From Camelus dromedarius (taxonomy: Eukaryota): a stretch of 64,000 nt of DNA. A program made the translations under genes and the position numbers. Below the pieces are notes generated by a model. The model had not been told where the DNA came from. It saw only the letters and a program-made list of their open reading frames with translations, and did no database searches. Location of the stretch: positions 78,618,001 to 78,682,000 of the forward strand of contig NC_087437.1 of the NCBI RefSeq assembly GCF_036321535.1, in the 5' to 3' direction. Position 1 is the stretch's first letter. Every line of letters starts with the position of its first letter. Below are positions 54,983 to 64,000 of the stretch, piece by piece.

Positions 54983-57489
54983 ATAGAAGCAACCACCCTA
55001 TTGGCTGACACTCATGTTACAGAGATCTAAAACTCAGATTATCTGACATAGACATATTCAGTAGAGGTAACCTCTAAATAAGAAGTGTCTCTAGAAATGT
55101 CTGATCTTTGCATTTAGGGAACATTTTAGTGAATTTGCCCCAGGTTTCTAATTAGAGAGCAGAGGACAGTTCCATTTTGCCCAGACAGTCAGGGCCCTTT
55201 TCAATTAAGTGCTTTATTGTGCAACCCAATAAATTAGAAATTTGGATTTTGGCATTCTGCATACATTATAGGTCATCAACACCTCCTACAAATCATGTTC
55301 TTAGTGGTGATAAATGCCATGATTTCTACTGTGCTATCAGGAAGTAATAAATAATACAAAGCCCAGATGAATTGTGATTCTGTCAAATGCACCATATGAA
55401 ATAAACATTTTCAAATTTGCTTTATCCTCTTGTAATTACACCTCTGGGTAGATTAACTTGCTCTTCACTTTATCCAGCTTCCTTACATGTGTAGGATTTA
55501 CAAGCAGGTAGTTTACTACCAGTAAACAAATGGCCTTTAGAAGCATGGAAATATATTTACAACTACAGTGGAAGGCAGGGGGTAGGGGAGGATAGTGACA
55601 GTCAGAAGTGTCACAAATTTCAAGGACATAGAAGTGACCACAAGACTTACCAGTCAGAGTAACAATTTGCACTATTACTAATTTTTCTTTCCTTTTTTGT
55701 ATAATAACATAACTTCATTTTCCTTTAGAGTAGTGAAACATATAAATATATATCTAAGCCCCAAACACAATTCCTTTTAAGAATTAAAAGTAAAAATTGC
55801 CTCCAAATAGGTTAAGAGTTTGGAATTGTCCTTTAAAAATTATACCCTCAAGAAAACAAATTTTCATTTTGTGGGTGTTTTTCATCATTTAATGTTCCCT
55901 AAGTCCAAGTTTACATTTAGTCTTATGCTCTACTTTTAGCACTTTGTTGGTACCACATGAACTTCCTTGTTTTTAATGGAACATCTCTTAATATATCTGT
56001 AATTTATTTATTTTATGTGAAGTATAACCATATACTCTATAACAAAAATTGCCATTGCTTTAACATGAAAAATTTTGGACCTACAAGCAGGTGCCTTTAC
56101 TGCAGGGATAAGAAAAATTTACCCTATGCAATAGCAATGCAATAATAGAAAATCAGAAAAAATAGCAAAACCAAAAGTATTAATGAAAGTAAAGAATAAG
56201 TCTACTCATGTAGCTATCTGCAGCTGGAAGCATATAGTAAGCAGAAATTATACTGAATGCGATAATAAAGCAAAAAGGGAAAAAATGGTGTTTCTTAATT
56301 AAAAAGTATTCAGTTTCTGTGCATATTCATAGGAGAAAGAAGGCAAACAATGGTATTGTAAGAATTGTATTAAGGAAAAGTTAGATGAAGTTATGTATGA
56401 ACAAATACAGATAGATAGAAAGAGAGAGAGACATAAATAAATAGATCGATCAAGCCTCAAAATCATGAATTGCGTATATATATGGTAAGTAGCTCTTGCT
56501 CTGTGAAGGACATAACCCCCAATGAAAAATACCCTCTTTCCAAGTTCTGTTCTAATAAAACAAAAGGATTATTGTCTGAAAGGCACAGGAGGCTTTAAGT
56601 CATGCTTAGAGGTTGACTAGAGAAGGTCACTTGTAGGGCCTGTTATTTATCTTTCTAGCTGTATCCCCAGGCTTCAACAGCCGGAAGGGTGGGAAGGGGC
56701 GCACAATAGATTCATGATAACAATTTGTTATTGTAGGCTGAGTTTCTTTATAAACTCAGCACCAGCAACCAGACCATCCCAATTCTCTCCCAGCGTTTTT
56801 ATTTTTAAAAGCCATTAGACATAGAACTTCCTTGACCATCGATTTTTCCATTCAAACTTGCAATGCCTCCATATGCTCGGGTTTTGGCTGCTCTGGTCCC
56901 TGACTTTTGTTTTGTGTACTCTTTTTTGTGATCCTTTATGACTCAGCTATTTCTATTGTTCAACCTTTCCTCTTAGCAGTCATTTAACCACTTAGTGAAT
57001 GATACAGAAGATTACATTGTCCATAAAATAATGCTGTCCTCTGTTCTTTGTATCATACAGAGACTCTAATAACCTTACTTTTTCTTGTTAATTCAAGTGA
57101 TACCTGTTTTCCTCAAAAAAATAGTGGATGAGAGGAAGTGAGAGGGAAGCGTATCTAATGAAACTCTGAGTGATGCGCTTCTGTGCATTCTCTAATGTCA
57201 AATTTCTTTTAACCGAAAATCCCTTGCTTTGGTTCTAAGCTTATAGCCTTTACTTTTTTCTCTTAAGGTAAGCTTCTTCTCACAATCTACTCAATTCCTT
57301 ATTTATTCAATAATTTTCTGTTGAGTACTTACTATATCCCACTATGTGCCAGGAAAAAGTGAGCAAATCAGAAAACCATCTCATCTCCATGCAGCTTATC
57401 TTTTAGTTTTGAAGTCAGAAAAAAATTAAATGACATACAGTATAGTAAATAGTGTAGGGCTATAGCAAGGCTGATAATGTATAACAACA

Positions 57490-58345
57490 TTCTCAGCAAC
57501 ACCATGAGATGACATTTTCCAGACTTCCATTGTGGCTGGAGCCTTGCCGTTAAGTGGAGCCAAATGACTAGATTTTGATCAAAGGAATAAAAGTAGAAAT
57601 CATGTGGTCTCAGCCAAAATGGTTAAAAGCAGATGTGCTTTCTTTAGGCTCTTGCTCTGTTCTGTTTATCTGAAGCTGCACAACAAATCACCTCCAAATT
57701 TAATGGTATGAAACAATTTCACTATGCTCATGGAGTCTATCGATTAGAAATATGGACAAGGAATATCAAGGATGGCTTGTCTCTGCTTGTCTGTGTCTTT
57801 AGTTGGCAATTCTAGATGGCTGGAGATGATTCTATCCCTGGGACTTCATAATGTGGAGACTACTTCACTCACCTGTCTGTCATATTGGCTGTAATTTGGA
57901 AATTCATCTGAAGCTTTGTAACAAAAGACCAAAACATTATCTCTTTATGTATGCTTGGCATCTTCACAGCACAGATGCTGGAGAATCCCAAGTGAACCAG
58001 ACCTAACTTTGTAAGTCACATTGTGTCACTTTTTCCATACTCATGAGCACAACCAAATTCAAAGGAAGGGAACATAGATCCACCTCTTGATTGAAAAAGG
58101 ATCAATATCACTTTGCAGGAAGAGCATACAGAATGGGAGAAATTGGTGTGCATATTTTTTGAAAATAATATCTGCCCATTCTCTTTCCTTATTACTTAGG
58201 TGACTACAGATGAGAACAAAATTGGAAGGATCCCACTCTACTGACTCACATTGGTCTCTGATATGCGTGAGAGTTAAGCCACTGCAACTCTCTGGGTGTT
58301 TTGTTTTGTTTTAATTACAACAGTTGGTCTATTTGGATTTCCACA
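57490..58345 (+). mobile_element. Old MaLR LTR (MLT1J/K-like), split by a second LTR
   Basis: cattttccagacttcc..caaatgactagattttgatcaaaggaat (left part); cattggtctctgatatgcgtgagagttaagccactg (right part). Confidence 0.55.
57657..58179 (-). mobile_element. MaLR solo LTR (MLT1E/F-like)
   Basis: aacaaatcacctccaaatttaatgg, gatggcttgtctctgct, tagatccacctcttgat, gaagagcatacagaatgggaga, gaaaatataatctgccc. Confidence 0.8.
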
Positions 58346-58873
58346 AGAGCTAAGGATACTATATAAAGGAGAGAAGGAGAAATAAAATATCAGCTACTTG
58401 CACATGTTTATATTAAAACTTAACTCACTGAGCAGATAAATTTTAAAGATCTTAAGGAAGTGAGGGAATTAGCCTTATAGTTATCAGGTAGTAGGAAAAG
58501 CAAGCACAAAGACCTCAAGTGGGAGTGTCAGGTAAACTGCAAAGACACTGTGACTGAAGCAGAAGGAGTAAAAAGGTGAGTCACAGAATATGAGATAAAG
58601 GAAGTAATAAGGCCAGATCACGTGGACTTTTATAGGTCATGCCAAATACTTTCGTTTTTACCCTAAATGAGAAGGGAAAGTCATGATTTGACTTACATTT
58701 TAATAGGGTCGCTTTCACTGTTGGTAAAGAGACTAGTAAGGGAATAGGGGCAGAATCAGAGAGACCCATTAGAGGACTTTTGTAGGAATCTAGCAACAGA
58801 TGATGGTGATCTAGGCTAAGGTATTGAGAATGAGATGAGAATGAGAGCAGTTTGGAGTGGTTAAATTCAGGAC

Positions 58874-59058
58874 TTTTTTTTTTTTTTTTTTTTTGGTACT
58901 TGCTGGGTATTTTTAATTGTAGTAAAATACACATAACATAAAATTTACCATTTTTAAGTATACAGTTTGGTAGTGTTGCATTCATACAGCTGTGCAGCCA
59001 ATTTCCAGAGTTCTTTTCATGTTGCAAAATTGAAACTCTATACCCAGTAAACAACAAC
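58874..59058 (-). mobile_element. L1MB-type extreme 3' end with long T-run
   Basis: ttttaattgtagtaaaatacacataacataaaatttaccattt...ttgcaaaattgaaactctataccc. Confidence 0.8.
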
Positions 59059-59911
59059 TTGGATATATTTTTGATGGCAGAGATGACAACATTTGTTGGA
59101 ATGAGCAGGGGTGGAGGTTGAAGAAAAGAAGAAAAAGAAGAGTCTAAGATGACATAGATTTTGGTCTAAGTAACTGGAGGAATCTGGTTGTTATAAACTG
59201 AAATGTGTAAGACCTACGAAGGTACTGGTTTGGTACTGGTAAGGGGAAAGCAGAAGTTCAGGTTGAACATGTTAACTTGGAGGTTTCTATTGTACACTGA
59301 AGTGAAGGTATCAAAGAGACAATTGTGTATATATCTATCTCTATATCTATATCTAAATATCTATTTAACCACATATGTATCTTGATTTCAGGAGCAAGTT
59401 CTGGGCTGAAGTTATATATTAATCATTCAGAGACATAAATAGTATTTAAAGCCATGCACCTGGATAGGTTTACCAAGAGAGGGAGTGTAAACAGAAGAAA
59501 GAAGGATGAAAACATAGCACTAGAGCATTCCAATATTTAGAGGTTTGAGAGGTAAAAATGTACCAGTGAAAGAAACTGAGAAGGCATAGAACGTGTGGTT
59601 TCCTGGAAACAAAAGGATAAAGTATGTCAAGGAGAGGTTAACTGATTGTGTATGATGCTATGGATGAGTCAGGTAAAATGGGTACTAAGAAATGACCATA
59701 CGGTTTAATCATTTCAAGGTCATCAAGGAGTTGAGAAAAGCAGTTTCAGTGATGTGGTGGATTCAAAAACCTGAGTGGGCTCAAGAAAATTCAAAGGAAG
59801 AAAGTTTTGAAACAGTAAAGTATACAATACTTTCAAGAATCTGTTCTATAAAAAGAAGGAAAAAATAAATAAGGGGGTACGTGGAAGGGAAAGTGAGATC
59901 AAGGATCAGGT

Positions 59912-60250
59912 GTGCAGAAAGTGGTATGAGTTTATAACATAGTTAATTTTATAAAATAAGACCTTGAAACATAATGTACTCATCACAACATTTTGAAATA
60001 AAAGAAGGGCAATACTGATAAACTGTTTGTATCACACACTGGTGAGTTAATGATCTTGTGGCAAAGTTTTTAAAGGAGTTATTGAATATGTGATGAATTA
60101 TGCATTTCTATATTTGCCGATCTTTTCTCTGATGACAATAACTGTCGGTAATTTGCTATGTAGCAGTGCTTTAAAAAAAATTAACACAATCTGTCCCAGG
60201 GTAAAGGTGACATTTTAACAATGAATGAGAAGGTAACTGCTTTTTGAAAT
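59912..60250 (+). mobile_element. hAT-Charlie transposase fragment
   Basis: Broken-frame motifs VNFIK, L.YHT, SCGKVFKGV, ADLFSDD, QGKGDILTMNEKVTAF resemble Charlie/Buster transposases. Confidence 0.7.
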
Positions 60251-60621
60251 TGCTCCCACTGAATAATTTCTCCTCAAGGGTGCGTACGGGCCTTCCATAA
60301 TTCCCATAAGACACATGCATAGGGGTTAACAGTTAACAGGTCTTTACTAACAAAAGGGAAGTATGAAACGGTAAATAGTTATAATTGCTCCATGTGACTT
60401 ATATTCTTTCCAAGAGTCTGGTCTTTCACATCTTGGCTCCCAGAAACCCTAAAATTCAGATAGCTCCCTTCATCCCACACATTTCCCCCAGAAAATGTTT
60501 CAGGTCTTTCCACCTCTTGGAATCCCACAGGGACAAACTTATTACAGGCCCAAAGATGGAAAAAGGTATCCCTCATCCAAATTTCAGGGTCTCTTTTCTA
60601 AGTCTGCCTAAAGAAGAAGAA

Positions 60622-60662
60622 ACACACACACAAATACACACACACACACACACACACACACA
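60622..60662 (+). repeat. (CA)n microsatellite, interrupted
   Basis: acacacacacaaatacacacacacacacacacacacacaca. Confidence 0.95.
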
Positions 60663-61009
60663 TTTGATTCATTTCTAGAATAAAACAAATGTCTATTTTC
60701 CTTTACCACAAAGCTATAGTCTCATTCTGTTACACTGACATGAAAACCACACAGAAAAATTCGGCACTTATACATTTGTTTCAAAATACTAATTTCTCTC
60801 AATCTCTTTATCTATAAAATAAATATTAACTTGTTGAATGATTATGTCCTATCATAAGAGAAAAATAAAGTACTATTTAAAACAGGAGTTTACTAGTAAT
60901 AAATTTCAATTTCTGGCATATCTAGTACATCATTTTCCAAGTCAATGTAGAATTAGAGCATTAAGTTATAAAATGAAGTTTTTGGGTGTCTTTGTAATAT
61001 AACATATTG

Positions 61010-61230
61010 ATTAAGAGAGGGACATCAAAGTCAGTCTTACATCTGGGACCAAATTCTGGTCCCTTCAAATAGTTTTTATCTCTCTAATCATTAACTTCCT
61101 TTAATATCAGTCATTATATTACCTATTTCATGAGCTCTTTGTAAACAGAAATATCATTTTAGCATTCAGAATAGGATTTGGCACAAGGTAAGTGATGAGT
61201 AATTAGTATCTATCGTTGTTTTCAATATTG
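61010..61230 (+). mobile_element. MIR remnant
   Basis: catcaaagtcag..ctgggaccaaattctggtc..ttacctatttcatgagctctttgtaa..tttggcacaaggtaagtg. Confidence 0.5.
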
Positions 61231-61995
61231 TTGATTGACCTCTAATTAGCTCATGCCTCTTAATGTTATCTTCTAAAGAGTTTCTGCTAATGGGAAAAGA
61301 AAGTGATTTTTTTCTACATGAATCTGGAGCCTAACTCAAATCTCCTCTCCTTACTTCCATTCATTCACAGTCATGCCACTTATGAAGTCTCATGTTATAT
61401 CGTTTACAAATTATGTTAATTGTATCTCCTATATCATTATATATATATTCTTGCATTGATAAATGTCTTCCAACTCACTTACCAAATACACTATTTCAAT
61501 TCCTCCAAATGCTTAAGTAAACACAATATTCCAGGGAGAAAAAACATCTTTATTATGTGTCCTACATCTTTCCCCCAAGGTTTTCCACACACCTTGTTTG
61601 AAAAGCAGGAACACCATTACAGAGTCACTCATATCGACATAGCATTAAAGCCTCACATCTGTCACACAATCACCTTCCTGGCCTCATATCCTGACATTTT
61701 TCATCTCCCATTTCACTTTCCAGTTGTGTCAAATTGCCTGCACATCCCTAACGTTATTCTTTTTCTTGCCTTCATGCCTTTGCTCCTGCTGTTCCTGATG
61801 AAAGCATCACGCAGTCTGAAACTGATCCTGTTCTCTAAGATGAGATGGCTGTTCTTAATTCAGGAAGCTATCTCCCCACTCTCTATGACTTTGTTAATAT
61901 TTAGCCATAGTTATTGACTACACAGAATTATATAATTATAAATGTGTAATATATAACTAGAATTGGCTATATAGAATTATCAAGAAATACAGAGA

Positions 61996-62441
61996 TGTAT
62001 TAATTTCCTAGGGCTGCCATAACAAACTACCATAAACTTGATACTTAAAGCCACAGAAATGCATTCTCTCAGAGTTCTGGAGGCCAGAAGACTGAAATCC
62101 AGGTGTCAGCAGGACCGCATTATCTCTGGAGACTCTAGGGGAGAATCGTGCCTTTCCTCTTCCAGCCTTTAGTGGTTTCCAGTGTTCCTTGGTTGCAACT
62201 ACTTAACTAATTTCTGCCTCCATCTTCATATGTCTTTCTCCTTATGCTTCTCTTTTCTGTGTGTCTTATAAGGACACTTATTGTTGGAATTAGGGCCCAC
62301 TTGTATAACCCCAAATAATTTCCTATCAATACTCTTAACTACATTTGCAGAGATTCTTTTTCTAATTAAGGTGACATTCACAGGTTCTGGAGGGTTAGGA
62401 CATGAACACATTGTTTTAAGGTCACCATTCAACCCACTATA
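61996..62441 (-). mobile_element. MaLR solo LTR (MLT1B/C-like)
   Basis: tgtattaatttcctagggctgccataacaaactacca...ttctggaggccagaag...tcttataaggacac...cattcaacccactata; ~446 bp. Confidence 0.9.
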
Positions 62442-64000
62442 GGGGACATGGTGAGTAGACCTGTTTTAGTTAATCTGGTTCTTTAAAGGTTGCAGGATAT
62501 TTTTAATAAACTGCAGACAATAATCATTGAAATACATAGATATCACTAAGAATACTTTGGCTTGGCTGATGACCAATTATAATAAGAAATACAATTGAAT
62601 ATAAAATATTAAAACATTTAAATGTCAGAATAATGGAAATTTATACTGCAGAAAAAGGTTTATAAATATTTTATGTGAATTTTAAAGTGCCTGAAAAATA
62701 TTAACTCAATAAGGAATAATGATGATGAAATTTGACTTCTGAGGAAGGGATGGTTTTCAAACATGTATTGTCCCTCCCAGAGCTGACTTCTAGTATTCAA
62801 ACATTGTGCCATAATTTATTGTCTCTTCATCCCAAGATGGTGTAAAAAAGTCATGAATCGTAATCAGAGGTTTCTCCATCCCCTCAATAGCCACTTTTGA
62901 GGCCCAGAAAATACCATTCTAAGAATCTGGTAAAGTAGGGAACAGTTTCCTGTGTTTGGACTTAGAACAGTCCTCAGCATGGTCCATTGATCAGATTTTT
63001 CCAACAGGATGTATAGAGTAGGGAGGAACAAGAAGAGCCTTAAATGAGTCGTTTTGTATTTTGTTATGTTTTTTGGTTAAGAAAAAAGAGAGCTCTCCAG
63101 AGAGATCCAATAATTAGCCTTTGTCCCTACAGTTGCAAGACTTGGGGGAGACTTCACACTTTGAGCAGAAAAGCCGTATCTGTTATGGTTTGACTTACAG
63201 TGAATGAGTTTTGAAAGTCTCAGAATGTGTAACAAATAGAACTTGGATAAGGGGCAGGGAGGGGATGAGGCAGGTGGAATGAACACAGTTCAAAATCAAG
63301 GTGCACATTCTAAAATACAGAGCATATACAATGAATGACCACAGGACAATGTCAGGAGGGAAATCAGAAAATGAAACAAAACAAGTCACCACAGTTTATT
63401 TAAAAGTTGTAACTTTAACTTGCAGAGTCTGTATGTATCAGATAAAATTAACCAGCTATACATAAAATAAGAACATAGAGAACCAATGGAGACAGACTGA
63501 TAGCAAGGGAAAGTAGTAAAAGAAAGATGTGGTTCTGCTGGGAATAACTGCTCTAATTCCCTCCCATCATTGCAGTAGTAAAGAAAAAAACTGACTTTCT
63601 TAGCAGCATCTGAATCTGCTAATTAGCAACATAATTCGGGGCCTGATGTTCATTGTCCCAGTAATAGCTTTCCTGCATTAACTCTTAGTATATGCAAGCA
63701 GGCATAAGATATGGAAACATCCTAAACAATTTCTAAGGTTTTAGGACATTTGGACCGAAAGTGTACTGCTAATCATGAACTAAAAAGAAAATCAAGCATA
63801 AGAAAAATGTCCAGTCAACAGACAGAATTACAGATAAAAGTAAAAGAGGTAATAAGGGAGTGAGTGATTTTGTTTATAGACTTGACTGGTTGACTAGCAT
63901 GCAATTATGGGACCTGTTTCCATTTTGCTTTTTGTAAAAATAATTGGTGTGTGCCACATAAGGATCTATTTTAATAAATGGGTCTCTTCACAAAGCAGAG

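Larger units (their letters stand above)
57290..59910 (-). mobile_element. L2 (L2a-like) 3' portion, interrupted by nested LTRs and an L1
   Basis: atttattcaataa..ttgagtacttactat; ggccagatcacgtggacttttataggtcatg; catgatttgacttacattttaatagg; gttcaggttgaacatgttaa; gtatttaaagccatg; gcagtttcagtgatgtggtgg. Confidence 0.85.

Noticed and set aside
61420..61917. 165-aa + strand ORF (and the 158-aa ORF at 58581..59057)
   Set aside because: Non-ATG start or repeat-spanning; both overlap L2/L1-like sequence and show no recognisable domain.

Overview
AT-rich, CpG-depleted mammalian genomic DNA (intergenic or deep intronic). It is most likely from a camelid: one tRNA-Ala-derived vic-1-type SINE and cetartiodactyl-type L1 3' ends are present, and I saw no Alu, Bov-A/BovB, PRE1 or Can-SINE. 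No intact protein-coding gene is recognisable. The window is a mosaic of decayed interspersed repeats: L1 of several ages, L2, MIR, MaLR/ERVL/ERV1 solo LTRs, hAT-Charlie and a near full-length Tigger1. The ORF track is explained by repeat fragments or chance. Most notable: (1) a processed CALM1 (calmodulin) retrocopy at ~48298-48958 (-), inside the Tigger1 transposase, truncated at both ends with no poly(A) or clear target-site duplication (TSD), and holding a nearly unchanged 39-codon EF-hand-2 micro-ORF; (2) a young-looking polyadenylated LTR (U3-R only) retroposed into an old L1 at 37814-38043; (3) a non-repetitive, splice-flanked 261-nt candidate exon at 25610-25870 (-). Repeat family names come from my recollection of consensus sequences, not a database search, and most boundaries are approximate. 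I found no convincing new multi-gene system.
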